Virus record (IMG/VR): IMGVR_UViG_2645727538_000003
Length of the DNA: 64,000 bases
Origin: a virus
Strand: one strand, 5' to 3'
In this document: positions 38,692-48,224 of the stretch, piece after piece
How positions within the stretch are numbered: position 1 is the stretch's first letter
Layout of the letters: each line of letters starts with the position of its first letter
Program-made: the position numbers and the translations under genes
The notes under the pieces: model-generated
Database searches by the model: none
What the model was told of the DNA's origin: nothing
The model's input: only the letters and a program-made list of their open reading frames with translations

Positions 38692-40041
38692 TTAAACAAC
38701 AGCAATTTCATCATAAAATATTCGCTTAAGTTTCTTCTTCATAACATTCTTTAGTTGATTTTCATTATTTTGTCTTCCTAATTCTTCAAACACTCTTCCG
38801 CTTTTACTAAAGTCAATCGTATTAAGGATATTTTCAAGCTTGTTTAGTTCTACATTGTTTTCCTTCATCTTCTTGGCCAAATAAACATAACCGTAAAACA
38901 TTACGTTATGATTAATGTATGATTGCTTTCTAATGGACGATAAATCATCTTCAAGAAATTCATCTGGGAAGGCATAAAAAAGGTTATCGAAAAAGTCTAC
39001 CAGGTATTTCGCAATTTTCAACGCATCTTTTCGAGATTTCAACTCAAATGCATCGTCTATAGCTTCCGATAAAGTATAATATGTCACAAGAAAATTGCTA
39101 TCGATACCAATTTCACTTTGTGGGCTTATTTTATTTTTAAGTTCACTTTTAAATTTCAACTGCTCGACAACGGTTGAAGAATACCGTTTTTGTCCCAATT
39201 CTTCAATTCTGGATTTTTCAACTGGGTTAATTGTATTCATTTGAGCAAAGTGAACCTTAGCCTTTTCTTCATCGTAATTGAGCACATTTAAAATGAATGG
39301 TTGATCTAATTCAGGGACTTCAGCAATGGCCTTAACAATACCTGAAATTCGATGATATCCATCAAGAGCATCTAATAAGGTTCCTCGTGTTACAGTGAGG
39401 GTTTGATCGCTTGGATCATATTCAACTTCTTCATCACCATCAGATGTTCCAAGACGAGCGTTAAAAGTTAACATTGACACAATTAAATCGCCTTTAATAA
39501 ACAATTCTTTGATCTCATCAACTGATTTAGGGTTTGTTTTAGGTACAGGAATAAGGCTGCCCTTAATGTACTTTCCTTCACGCTGAGTGTTGTAATTGTA
39601 CTGCAGGATGGAGCTATTATATAACTCACTTAGTTCTTTGGCAGTAATGGAAGTGACATAGTTATCCTCTTTAATTTTAATCACATTTTTAAACTTGTAT
39701 GGGAGTTTAACTACTTCTTCACCGGCGAATACTCTCCCACCTTCAAGCTCTTTTGCCAATCTGGTTGGAAAATAATTTGACGGATCTAAAGCTTGCGCCC
39801 CAAGAATTGAATACATCTCTTTTGAAACAATGTACACTTCTTTTTCGTTTAAACGCTGTACATTGTTATCATTATTATTTAAAATTTCTTGGATATAACC
39901 AGGGAGTGCCTTGTATTTGTCCGCCATTGTGGCTTTTAATTCCTTCACCATATTGGGATCATTTTTAATATCATTAAGATTTTCCTCTATTTCAGTTTTT
40001 AACTTATAAAGTTTATCCATTGTCAACAAAACTTCAGACAC
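38692..40041 (-). CDS. yopQ: SroE/YopQ, DndB/ParB-like (DGQHR-type) protein
   Basis: YNYNTQR; LDALDGYHR motif; position in the sro operon. Confidence 0.85.
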   Translation of the reverse strand: MSEVLLTMDKLYKLKTEIEENLNDIKNDPNMVKELKATMADKYKALPGYIQEILNNNDNNVQRLNEKEVYIVSKEMYSILGAQALDPSNYFPTRLAKELEGGRVFAGEEVVKLPYKFKNVIKIKEDNYVTSITAKELSELYNSSILQYNYNTQREGKYIKGSLIPVPKTNPKSVDEIKELFIKGDLIVSMLTFNARLGTSDGDEEVEYDPSDQTLTVTRGTLLDALDGYHRISGIVKAIAEVPELDQPFILNVLNYDEEKAKVHFAQMNTINPVEKSRIEELGQKRYSSTVVEQLKFKSELKNKISPQSEIGIDSNFLVTYYTLSEAIDDAFELKSRKDALKIAKYLVDFFDNLFYAFPDEFLEDDLSSIRKQSYINHNVMFYGYVYLAKKMKENNVELNKLENILNTIDFSKSGRVFEELGRQNNENQLKNVMKKKLKRIFYDEIAVV

Positions 40042-40117
40042 ATTATCACCTCACATAATCATATTAAATTTATCATTATTTTCATAAGTAAGTAAAGCTA
40101 TTATATGATTATTTGTA

Positions 40118-41176
40118 TCACTTGTTCAAAAACATTTTAAGTTTATTCTGTATATACATGTCTGATTTTAAAAAGAATTCTTTATATTGCTCTAATGTAA
40201 CATCATCTAAAAAGGACATATCTTCTTTTTGATCAACCAAAACCCCTGGATCTTGAGAATAATCCCTTTCATTGACTAAATAATGGTCATTTAAAGTATT
40301 AATATTGCTGTGACCAGAGAACGCTGCCACTTTTTTAATATCACCATTAACGCTGTAAGAAAAGTTTGTTGCAGTATTGCGTAAGCTATGCGGAGTTATC
40401 TTTCTTTCTTTGGGAATGCCCATAACTCTACATACGCGATTCCACATATCCTGTATTGAATCAACTGTTAACTTATGAAATAACAACTCATGTTCCCCAT
40501 ACTCTTGCTTTAACAGCAACAACTCTTCATAAAAAGCAGTGGAAATCCCAACTGGCCTAGCCTTTTTTTGCTTAGTTTTTTTAAAGTTGACTAGATAGCA
40601 TTGGTGCTTCTCTGAATAAGTAATATCATCCCACCCAACTCTAAGCACCTCTGATTTACGCCCACCAGTACGTGCACTAAACAAAATAAACATCTTTTTC
40701 ATTAATCTGTTCTGACGCTCAGTAGCATAAGCTGCCTCAGCAAATTCATCAGCTTCCGATATTCCTTCAAAAGACCCTGCTGGATTCTTTTCTGTTGGAA
40801 GAGGTCTAAAATTAAATACAGATGAATCACACTCATGTTCAGATTCAAGATACTTAATCATGCTTTTCAGTGCGGCAATCTTATTGTTAATTGTTGAATT
40901 GGAGTTACTTTTATTTTTAGCCAAATGGGTTCGATAATCATACAGGTCGCTTTTCTTGATCGCCAGGTCACTCTCAGTTAAATATTCAATATCCTTGGCA
41001 GCATAGTGGTTGAAAAACTCTCTTATATGCCTTTCATACGTGGCTCTAGTATTAGACTTTTCAATTTCTCCAGTTTCTCGATCCCTGTTTCTTAAATCTA
41101 ATTCATCAAACCACCTATTTATGTTATTGTATATTGAATAATCCCTTAGTGTTGACGCTTTCTTTTGAGCTCCCAT
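40118..41176 (-). CDS. yopP: SroD/YopP tyrosine-recombinase-family protein
   Basis: SAM-like N-domain; TGGRKSE; KTK; HSLR; GHS...DHY. Confidence 0.88.
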   Translation of the reverse strand: MGAQKKASTLRDYSIYNNINRWFDELDLRNRDRETGEIEKSNTRATYERHIREFFNHYAAKDIEYLTESDLAIKKSDLYDYRTHLAKNKSNSNSTINNKIAALKSMIKYLESEHECDSSVFNFRPLPTEKNPAGSFEGISEADEFAEAAYATERQNRLMKKMFILFSARTGGRKSEVLRVGWDDITYSEKHQCYLVNFKKTKQKKARPVGISTAFYEELLLLKQEYGEHELLFHKLTVDSIQDMWNRVCRVMGIPKERKITPHSLRNTATNFSYSVNGDIKKVAAFSGHSNINTLNDHYLVNERDYSQDPGVLVDQKEDMSFLDDVTLEQYKEFFLKSDMYIQNKLKMFLNK

Positions 41177-41185
41177 AATGACACC

Positions 41186-41350
41186 TCATATCATTTTTTT
41201 CATTAAGTATTGATCAAATTCTTGCCATGCAACAATCCATTCATTTTCACCTTGAAAATTACTCAGTAGCATTATATTGGCGTTACAGATTTCTATTTGC
41301 TTTAGCATGTCGTATTCCTTAAGAGCGTTAATTAAGATGTCTGTATTCAT
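41186..41350 (-). CDS. Small protein at the sroC position (54 aa)
   Basis: Manual ORF MNTDILINALKEYDMLKQIEICNANIMLLSNFQGENEWIVAWQEFDQYLMKKMI with GGTGTG RBS. Confidence 0.6.
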   Translation of the reverse strand: MNTDILINALKEYDMLKQIEICNANIMLLSNFQGENEWIVAWQEFDQYLMKKMI

Positions 41351-41388
41351 TTTATCACACCTAATTTATTTTTATTCTATAATAAAAT

Positions 41389-41619
41389 TTAGTTTAGGAC
41401 ATTTACCCTTTCGTCCTTACAGACGTTTATAATTGGCATCCCCGTCAATTCCTCATAAAGCTCCTCTTCGAACCCAACCCATTCATCACTCGTTGCTTCC
41501 TTTCGTAGGAACTCATTATAAGCTACTGCTATCTCAGGCTGCTCTAGAAACTTTAAAACGATCATATGCTTTTTCCAAACTTTAGCCTTGTTTTCTTCTG
41601 TGTAATATTTATTATTCAT
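41389..41619 (-). CDS. yopN: SroB/YopN-like (phi3T_93-like) lysogeny-promoting protein
   Basis: MNNKYYTEENKAKVWKKHMIVLKFLEQP as recalled for YopN/phi3T_93. Confidence 0.75.
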   Translation of the reverse strand: MNNKYYTEENKAKVWKKHMIVLKFLEQPEIAVAYNEFLRKEATSDEWVGFEEELYEELTGMPIINVCKDERVNVLN

Positions 41620-41633
41620 TTTATTTTTACTCC

Positions 41634-41846
41634 TTAAATACATTTTATAGAATTTTTTTGTTCTTTAATGAGGTTGTATTCTTTATGGTTTTTTCTCATT
41701 GTTGTTACATTATTAGGTGTAAACACATCTGGATCCTCTAGATGGAGATTGACTCGTGTGAAGTTCTTTAGTTGTTTTATGTATTGATATTGTCTTAATG
41801 ATGTAATCTTCAACTCTTCTTTTTGAGTGGCACTGGTTGTTTCCAT
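41634..41846 (-). CDS. SroA/YopM-position protein
   Basis: First ORF after aimX, with its own promoter; start METT. Confidence 0.6.
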   Translation of the reverse strand: METTSATQKEELKITSLRQYQYIKQLKNFTRVNLHLEDPDVFTPNNVTTMRKNHKEYNLIKEQKNSIKCI

Positions 41847-41940
41847 TGTTTCATCCCCCAACAACGTTCATCTTATAACTTTATTATATATGTTACCACA
41901 ATAATATGCAATGATTTATTTTATTTTTATTCACGACAAA

Positions 41941-41965
41941 TAACACATCCCCTATGTATGTGTTA
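41941..41965 (-). terminator. Hairpin downstream of aimX
   Basis: TAACACAT-cccctatgt-ATGTGTTA. Confidence 0.5.
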
Positions 41966-41995
41966 AAATGTCTGCTGATTTGTCTTTAATCCTCA

Positions 41996-42151
41996 TTAGG
42001 ATACCTTTGCTTTATATTTTGATCTAATCATTTCTGCTTCATTTTCAAGATGATTATCTTCCTGGGAAATTTCTAAATTAATATCTCCCATTTCCATGTA
42101 TCCCTTAGCCATTTCCTCATAAGAAAGTGCTTTCCCGAAATGCTTTTTCAT
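41996..42151 (-). CDS. aimX: AimX lysis-promoting MazE mimic (51 aa)
   Basis: Manual ORF MKKHFGKALSYEEMAKGYMEMGDINLEISQEDNHLENEAEMIRSKYKAKVS directly after the AimR operator. Confidence 0.9.
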   Translation of the reverse strand: MKKHFGKALSYEEMAKGYMEMGDINLEISQEDNHLENEAEMIRSKYKAKVS

Positions 42152-42163
42152 TTTAATTCCCCC

Positions 42164-42200
42164 ATGTTCTTGTTTTTTATATTATGAATTTCTGGAACAT
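42164..42200. promoter_or_regulatory. AimR operator
   Basis: Perfect ATGTTC-N25-GAACAT, the known 6-25-6 AimR site geometry, upstream of aimX. Confidence 0.88.
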
Positions 42201-42213
42201 TCTCTTAAAATTA

Positions 42214-42247
42214 GAAAAGACGCCTGATCCAGTGGATCAAACGCCTA
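42214..42247 (-). terminator. Terminator between aimP and aimX
   Basis: Minus strand AGGCGTTTGATCC-ACT-GGATCAGGCGTCT-TTT (13-bp stem with GU pairs). Confidence 0.8.
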
Positions 42248-42283
42248 ACCATTGATTATGTAGTGTAGTATCCTGTTGTGTTA

Positions 42284-42415
42284 TTAAGCTCCCCGAATTG
42301 CACTTGCTACAGAGATCTCATCAGAAACTGATGCCGTATTAACTGAATGTTGACCAGCAATGAATGAAATTGCTAATGCTGCTAAAATGGCTGTACCGAA
42401 AATAATTTTCTTCAT
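42284..42415 (-). CDS. aimP: Arbitrium pre-pro-peptide; mature peptide SAIRGA
   Basis: Manual ORF MKKIIFGTAILAALAISFIAGQHSVNTASVSDEISVASAIRGA; AAGGAGGTG RBS. Confidence 0.95.
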   Translation of the reverse strand: MKKIIFGTAILAALAISFIAGQHSVNTASVSDEISVASAIRGA

Positions 42416-42444
42416 TAAATTCACCTCCTTTCAAGTGCTAAATT

Positions 42445-43584
42445 CTAAATTAAATTTAGCAGCTCCGGATCACAGCCTAATTTTTCGAGTTCCATTATTG
42501 TCAATTGGATAAAATATTTATCATCTGATTTTTTGAAATATGTTATTGATTTATAAAAATCAGATTTTTGTTTTGAAATCAAACCTTTATAATAAAAATA
42601 AAATCCTAATTCATTTTCATCTTGATCCCTAGTTGATAAGCTTTCCAATAATTCGTTAGCCTTGTCGAGATTATTATTTTTTATGTAATAAAAAGCTCTA
42701 AGCTGCTGATATTTAATATCATCTGATTCATAGTTAACCCATGGATTCCCCTTGTCCCATACGTTAGCTAGGAAGCAAAGAGCACCATTTAGCATTTCTT
42801 TATGGGTATCATTAAGAACATACTTCTTTGCCTCATTATACGCCAGCATAGCTTCTTCATAGTTTTCGAAAATTAGAGTGTTTCCTATTGTCAGATGCGC
42901 AAAAAAACATATTCGGTTCACATTGGACTGCATTATTGCAATATTTGAATGTTTCCTCGCTTCGATTAAATTGTTTTCATTTAAGCTTATATTCGCTTGT
43001 AACATTGACACTCTACTTTTGTACGAATCTTTTATAAATCCTTCTGGCAAGCTTTTAAAATCTAAAAGTGTTAAGGTGCTTTTCATCAATCCAAACTCAC
43101 CAATATTCAAGTATTTATACATCAGCATTGCATCTGAGAAAAATGACATTTCTGGGGCTTTGCATCTCCCGCACTCTCTTATTGCTTCTGGTATTGAGAT
43201 TTCGTTTTTATAAAGCTTTCTGTGTATGCTGTAGATGTTGCCCCATTCTTGACTTGTGGTGTTTTTTGAGTTGCTTAAATTTAAAATAATCTTGTCTGTT
43301 AACGTATCCCATTGATTAATATCTGAGTATTCAACAGATTGTCTAGCACATTTTTTGTTGGGATCCAGTGATAAGAAGTAATCACTTAGAAGCTGCTCCT
43401 CATTATCTGGAAACAAGCTTTTAACAATATTAATTAAACCGCCTAAGTTGTCCATTTCTTTCTCTGGGGTGTTGATGAATTTGTAAAAGCCGTTAACCTT
43501 TTCGTACCCTGCTATTTTTGAGAGTTTCGCTGCGAGCTGGTTGTCTTTTTCACATTCATTCTTAATCATCTGCTTAAGATTCAT
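42445..43584 (-). CDS. aimR: Arbitrium receptor (RRNPP family, HTH plus TPR)
   Basis: MIKNECEKDNQLAAKL...ARQSVEYSDINQW...DENELGFY; phi3T-type; upstream of aimP. Confidence 0.95.
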   Translation of the reverse strand: MNLKQMIKNECEKDNQLAAKLSKIAGYEKVNGFYKFINTPEKEMDNLGGLINIVKSLFPDNEEQLLSDYFLSLDPNKKCARQSVEYSDINQWDTLTDKIILNLSNSKNTTSQEWGNIYSIHRKLYKNEISIPEAIRECGRCKAPEMSFFSDAMLMYKYLNIGEFGLMKSTLTLLDFKSLPEGFIKDSYKSRVSMLQANISLNENNLIEARKHSNIAIMQSNVNRICFFAHLTIGNTLIFENYEEAMLAYNEAKKYVLNDTHKEMLNGALCFLANVWDKGNPWVNYESDDIKYQQLRAFYYIKNNNLDKANELLESLSTRDQDENELGFYFYYKGLISKQKSDFYKSITYFKKSDDKYFIQLTIMELEKLGCDPELLNLI

Positions 43585-43745
43585 TGGTTACTCCACCCCT
43601 TCCCAACTAATGTTCCCTTGTTTATAATATACATTAGAGTTGTCAGAATTACAAGTATTTATTTTATTTTTATTCTAATTATTTTTTAAGGAATAATTAT
43701 CTGTTTAAAATTCGTATTTTATGTAAACCGGCACAATAAGGATTC

Positions 43746-44156
43746 TTATTGTGCCTTAAAGATATTTAGTCCGAGTTTATCTTTTAATGCATCCTGCAGC
43801 ACCTGAGAAAAATTAATGTTCTTTTCTTCAGCCACTTCATTCAACCACGCAGGAATAGTTAATGTTTTCTTGACTGATTTACGTCTATATTCATCGCGGA
43901 ATGCATGCATAGGTATATCAATCAAGCACACAACTTCATTTTCCGCTGTCTTAATTTCCGAAAACGGTGAAGGGCCAGGATACTTCTCTCCGTCCATTTC
44001 TAACCCATATAAATGAAGCCCTAAAGCTTCTTTTGCCATGCTAATTGCCTCTGTGTCATTCGATCCACAGGTTACACACCCAGGAAGGTCTGGAAAGGTT
44101 ACTGTAATACCATCATTTGCAAAGTGTAAAATAGAGGGGTAAGATACCCAATTCAT
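43746..44156 (-). CDS. hicB: HicB-family antitoxin (orphan)
   Basis: VTFPDLPGCVTCG...EAISMAKEALGLHL; C-terminal VKKTLTIPAWL...NFSQVLQDAL. Confidence 0.9.
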   Translation of the reverse strand: MNWVSYPSILHFANDGITVTFPDLPGCVTCGSNDTEAISMAKEALGLHLYGLEMDGEKYPGPSPFSEIKTAENEVVCLIDIPMHAFRDEYRRKSVKKTLTIPAWLNEVAEEKNINFSQVLQDALKDKLGLNIFKAQ

Positions 44157-44212
44157 TTATAATCAACTCCTTATTGAAGATTATAAATACATTTAAAAAG
44201 TTTGCAAATTCG

Positions 44213-44232
44213 ATACGTATAATTAAACGTAT
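44213..44232. promoter_or_regulatory. Inverted repeat in the hicB promoter
   Basis: ATACGT-ATAATTAA-ACGTAT. Confidence 0.55.
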
Positions 44233-44238
44233 TTGTCT

Positions 44239-44580
44239 TTATTGCTCACTTTCTCCCGGCCAAATGCACATCTCAATTTCACTTTTTAATTTCTTTTTTG
44301 TTTCTTCATCTAATTTTTTATAAAGAGCACGGGTAAGATTTCGCTGATCAATAATCATGTTGACTAAGACTGACTTAGTACGTTTATTTAAACCTGCTTT
44401 TGTTAGTAGCCACTCGTCTTCATACCCAATAAACCCAAGCAACACTGATTCAAGATCACGTATCCGTTTTTCCATTTGATCTTTGTATTCAGCTCCTGCA
44501 CTAAAACCATTTTTAAATTCTTCATTATCAAATTTGTTCTTATTTAGATTATTGATAAATGTTTCATCCATGTCCATCAA
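44239..44580 (-). CDS. Hypothetical protein
   Basis: ORF track; 4-nt overlap with the upstream gene. Confidence 0.6.
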   Translation of the reverse strand: MMDMDETFINNLNKNKFDNEEFKNGFSAGAEYKDQMEKRIRDLESVLLGFIGYEDEWLLTKAGLNKRTKSVLVNMIIDQRNLTRALYKKLDEETKKKLKSEIEMCIWPGESEQ

Positions 44581-45122
44581 CCGCCAAAATATGTGAAATC
44601 AAAATAGTACTCAGAGGCATTATCTTTAAACTTCATGTCAAGTAATAGCTCTACCCCTTCGTTCCCTCTTTCAACCGGTATCACGGAAACATCATGTGTA
44701 CCTAATGGGTAACAATTTAAAAAGAGTTTAGCACTTTCTTCTCCTCTCTTTATTGCTTTATCTATGTTGATATTTGAATTGTTTTCTTGAAATTCTTTAT
44801 TAATACTTTGTAACACAAAAAATGCCTCAACTTTATCTTCAGATGCCCTGCTATTCGCAACAGTCCTATTTACTTTGTGATCAAATGAATCTCCGATTAA
44901 TGGCAATGTAAAAAGTTTAAACGCTGTATCCTGAAGAATTTCTTTTTTACCTTTTTCATAAATATCAATGTAATACTCTTTATATAATATCTCATTAACA
45001 AATTCTTTTGTTTTTAAATCAACACTTTTTGAAGGATATTCCCCTTTTGGGGTTGCTACCAATAAAATAATGGATTCGTAATTCACATTAAGGCATTTTC
45101 TATAATGATTTAATTCTTCCAT
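44577..45122 (-). CDS. Hypothetical protein
   Basis: ORF track; GGAGAAGG RBS. Confidence 0.65.
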   Translation of the reverse strand: MEELNHYRKCLNVNYESIILLVATPKGEYPSKSVDLKTKEFVNEILYKEYYIDIYEKGKKEILQDTAFKLFTLPLIGDSFDHKVNRTVANSRASEDKVEAFFVLQSINKEFQENNSNINIDKAIKRGEESAKLFLNCYPLGTHDVSVIPVERGNEGVELLLDMKFKDNASEYYFDFTYFGG

Positions 45123-45313
45123 TCTAAAAACCTTCTCCCTTTACATTAATTTTATTTAGACTTGTGTTTTTTAAATTCTCTTCCATTCAACATACTCAAA
45201 TCGTTGCTGATAAAGGTCTTCCAGGATTGTGACCCATTCCACCCAGCCCTCAGCAACAATACTTTTCTTCTCCCCATCCTCAATCCATTCAATCCAGTAC
45301 ACCTGAACACTCC

Positions 45314-45529
45314 TCACCTAGTAATAACTTCAATTTGCCTTATGGCAGAAGTGGCTTTAAACTCCATATGTAGCTCATTTGCGATCGCTAAGGCTTCTGA
45401 CATTGTAGTGAGCTTAGAAGCGCTATGAAGCCCCTTAGATGTCTTATAACCACTTCCATCTAATTTAAATGACTTGAAGTAATCATCATTTTCAAATTGA
45501 ATAACAAAAAAGGTATCGATAACCGGCAT
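45314..45529 (-). CDS. Hypothetical protein (yopE/F region)
   Basis: ORF track; coupled to the upstream gene. Confidence 0.55.
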   Translation of the reverse strand: MPVIDTFFVIQFENDDYFKSFKLDGSGYKTSKGLHSASKLTTMSEALAIANELHMEFKATSAIRQIEVITR

Positions 45530-45531
45530 AG

Positions 45532-45783
45532 CTAACTCCTCTTCAGCAGACCAGCAATTTTTATGGCCAGTGGCAGCAATCCAATTAATATGTAAAACAC
45601 CATGATATTTATTTTATTCTTAAAGAACAGTTCAATCATATTCTGCTCCATACCTGGTGAAAATGAATCAATCAGTTCCTGCTTAAACTCTTCATCATAA
45701 ACCTGATCAACGAATAAGGCCTTAAATCCTGTCAGAAAGCCAATACCCAGCCAGAGTATTAAGAAATATGCTATTCCAATCAA
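45532..45783 (-). CDS. Small two-TM membrane protein
   Basis: Two hydrophobic segments; GGAGGGG RBS; TTG start. Confidence 0.65.
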   Translation of the reverse strand: MIGIAYFLILWLGIGFLTGFKALFVDQVYDEEFKQELIDSFSPGMEQNMIELFFKNKINIMVFYILIGLLPLAIKIAGLLKRS

Positions 45784-45853
45784 ATAAAACCCCTCCTTAT
45801 ATACATCGTCTGGTATTATAGTAGTGTTAAATACTTTGTGTAGGTGAAATTTA

Positions 45854-46036
45854 ATGGAAGAGAAAGATTTTGAGACTAATGGCTACGATGTAACAATTGT
45901 GTATGATTATAAGGAGTATCCTGATGTTAAATATGGACGCTGCGACAACTGTGATTACGCTTTATTCAAGAGTTCAGTGAAAAGTGGTGTGTTTTTACGT
46001 GAGTGTCGCAGATGTGGTATGAAGAAGAGCATTTAG
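45854..46036 (+). CDS. Small zinc-ribbon protein
   Basis: CDNC and CRRC; AGGTG RBS. Confidence 0.65.
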   Translation: MEEKDFETNGYDVTIVYDYKEYPDVKYGRCDNCDYALFKSSVKSGVFLRECRRCGMKKSI

Positions 46037-46048
46037 TAATGCTCTTTT

Positions 46049-46279
46049 TTATTTCACTGGATCCATGTAGCTTACATATACTTCAATTCCGTCTTCAGTT
46101 TTATATTCCGCAATTTTGTCTGGATCCGATTCAATCTTTTCAATAAGCCGCTTTGCACTTTTATTGCCCTTTTCACTATTTGCAGCAACAATCCAAGACC
46201 AATAATTCCATTCAGAGATGCAAGACTTAATCTTTTCTGGTATCTTATGACCTCTTGTATAAACCTTGATCATTTGCAT
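46049..46279 (-). CDS. Hypothetical protein
   Basis: ORF track. Confidence 0.55.
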   Translation of the reverse strand: MQMIKVYTRGHKIPEKIKSCISEWNYWSWIVAANSEKGNKSAKRLIEKIESDPDKIAEYKTEDGIEVYVSYMDPVK

Positions 46280-46297
46280 ACTCCCCCTGCTGGTTCA

Positions 46298-46525
46298 TTA
46301 TTTAATCCAAAAAGCTGGTGGAACGCTCAATACTCGATATTGTTCATCTAAATAAGCATACTTTCTTTCCCAATCACTTTTCTTCCATGCTTCTTGATTT
46401 GAGTATGATGGATCTTTTGGTTTTGGATAGTCTCCATTTACCCAACCATTTTCAATATGATTTAGTTTGGCTTCGTTGCCCTTATCATCATATTTGTACC
46501 AGACAGTTATCATTTTGGCTACCAT
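46298..46525 (-). CDS. Hypothetical protein
   Basis: ORF track; GGGAGAGG RBS. Confidence 0.55.
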   Translation of the reverse strand: MVAKMITVWYKYDDKGNEAKLNHIENGWVNGDYPKPKDPSYSNQEAWKKSDWERKYAYLDEQYRVLSVPPAFWIK

Positions 46526-46567
46526 AAGTCATCCTCTCCCTTATTGTGCATTTATGATTTTTCACAA

Positions 46568-47119
46568 TTATTTCTTATTGCCAAGCATAAATAATAAGGC
46601 ACCCTCTGTGCCAATCAATTCATACTTTATTCCATTTTTAGAGGCGGAATGTTTTGTTCCTGTCTCAATTACATTATTAAAATTCAATTCATTTAAAATT
46701 AATCGTTCCTTATCTTCATCAGAAAGTTTTGAATCTGCTACACTACTTAATGCTTTCATTATTTCTTGGTATTGCCCTAAGGAAATTTCATCCATTTGAT
46801 TTGAAGGAAGGCCAATAACACCATAGGGAAAAATGATACGGTCTTTACTATCTACAGATGCCGTAATTGTGAAACCATTCCATTTGGCCATATAGACAGA
46901 TGACCCATCATTAACCTTCTCAATTTTCGAATCATTAATATCAATAACTCCGTTTGAAACTTTGTATATTTTATCTTGAAACTTATCCTGTGTTAATCCT
47001 GAGCTTCTGCCAAACACGAGGTACCCAACAGTAGCGATTATAACAATAGCGATTATCAATCTCTTATGTCTATTGATTACCCTCCAAATATTATTAGTTG
47101 TATCTGTAAACTGGTTCAT
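46568..47119 (-). CDS. Single-pass membrane-anchored extracellular protein
   Basis: TM segment LIIAIVIIATVGYLVFG followed by a soluble domain. Confidence 0.7.
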   Translation of the reverse strand: MNQFTDTTNNIWRVINRHKRLIIAIVIIATVGYLVFGRSSGLTQDKFQDKIYKVSNGVIDINDSKIEKVNDGSSVYMAKWNGFTITASVDSKDRIIFPYGVIGLPSNQMDEISLGQYQEIMKALSSVADSKLSDEDKERLILNELNFNNVIETGTKHSASKNGIKYELIGTEGALLFMLGNKK

Positions 47120-47255
47120 TAATTCACTCCTTCATATCTGCGTTCTAAACACCTTTTCATGTTCTGATGATTGTTTTTCGTTCCACAGTTGTCTTAGTTC
47201 CACATAAAAGAATGATTTCATTGCAATTTAAGTGCTTCTAGCCTAGGAGTCTTCC

Positions 47256-47567
47256 TTATGCCTTTTTAATTGCATCCTGGTGATCAGAAGGATATTCAAT
47301 ATACTGTCCATCTGACCACATTACCCCAAATTTTTCTTCCTTGATGGATTTAATTACGCCAATTGTTTCTTCTTCGTCATCTCGCCAAATAACTTTGTCA
47401 CCTACCTTAAAATAAGTATCCGTGTCGTTGTCATACCATTCGGACTTATTCTCATCCTCATTCCCAAAAACATTTTTAATTGTTGTGTTCCACTCTTCAA
47501 AAAAATTATCGTTTTTCATTTTGTTTACCTCTTCCTTTGAAAGTACGATTTTAAAAAAAGCCTGCAA
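47256..47567 (-). CDS. Hypothetical protein with C-terminal SH3-like motif (likely start MKND)
   Basis: FKVGDKVIW...GVIKSI...GVMWSDG. Confidence 0.55.
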   Translation of the reverse strand: MQAFFKIVLSKEEVNKMKNDNFFEEWNTTIKNVFGNEDENKSEWYDNDTDTYFKVGDKVIWRDDEEETIGVIKSIKEEKFGVMWSDGQYIEYPSDHQDAIKKA

Positions 47568-47616
47568 TTATCCTTCATGTCTACATTGCAGGCCTCAATT
47601 CTCACTTAGTTCTGCC

Positions 47617-47859
47617 CTAGTTTTGCTTTACTCTTTCAACGAATCTTGATGCTAACTCCCTGTATATTACTTCACTAATCATATGTAGTTGAGTGATATT
47701 CGTATTAAAAGTATCATGTAAATTTCTAACCTTTCCCTGCTCTAGGACACCTGATTCCCGCCACTGTTTTAATTCATTAAAGCAATCTGCTAGAAAGGTA
47801 TCCGTTTGCTCTTTTAAATGTTGTTCTAAATTATTCAATCTCTCCACTCTCTTTTCCAT
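47617..47859 (-). CDS. Hypothetical protein
   Basis: ORF track; downstream of an operator-bearing promoter. Confidence 0.55.
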   Translation of the reverse strand: MEKRVERLNNLEQHLKEQTDTFLADCFNELKQWRESGVLEQGKVRNLHDTFNTNITQLHMISEVIYRELASRFVERVKQN

Positions 47860-47900
47860 TGTTTTTTAATGTTTCCTTAACTTGTAACTTTAATATACCA

Positions 47901-47919
47901 TGATCACTTTAAGTGATCA
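47901..47919. promoter_or_regulatory. 19-bp operator (perfect copy) within a sigma-A promoter spacer
   Basis: TGATCAC-TTTAA-GTGATCA; related copies at 48158, 52813 and 56474. Confidence 0.7.
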
Positions 47920-47927
47920 ATATCTTT

Positions 47928-48131
47928 TTAATCTTTTTTGTAAATCAACAGCTCATGTAGCTCAATGTCTAAATATGTACAGACTTTATCCAACAGATCC
48001 CTTGGGTACCGCTCCATTTCGTCATGATACAGCTTTCTAACTGTGTTAAAACCATGGTCAATATCATTGGACAGCTTTCGAATACTGATATTCCTTTCAT
48101 CTAATATTGGCTTTAAATTTGATTTAATCAA
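47928..48131 (-). CDS. XRE-family (HTH_26-like) transcriptional regulator
   Basis: [18 protein letters not shown]...FNTVRKLY...[16 protein letters not shown]; TTG start after GAGG. Confidence 0.8.
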   Translation of the reverse strand: MIKSNLKPILDERNISIRKLSNDIDHGFNTVRKLYHDEMERYPRDLLDKVCTYLDIELHELLIYKKD

Positions 48132-48224
48132 TATTACTACCTCGCATTCATTATGTATGATCACTTTAAATTATCATTATATCCATAAAAAAGGTCAAGG
48201 ATATACCTTGACTATGTATTAAGC

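Noticed and set aside
43585-44240. Search for hicA next to hicB
   Set aside because: The flanking gaps are too short and hold no dsRBD-like ORF.
45162-45428. Plus-strand 88-aa ORF
   Set aside because: Overlaps a minus-strand gene in antisense; no RBS or recognisable motif.
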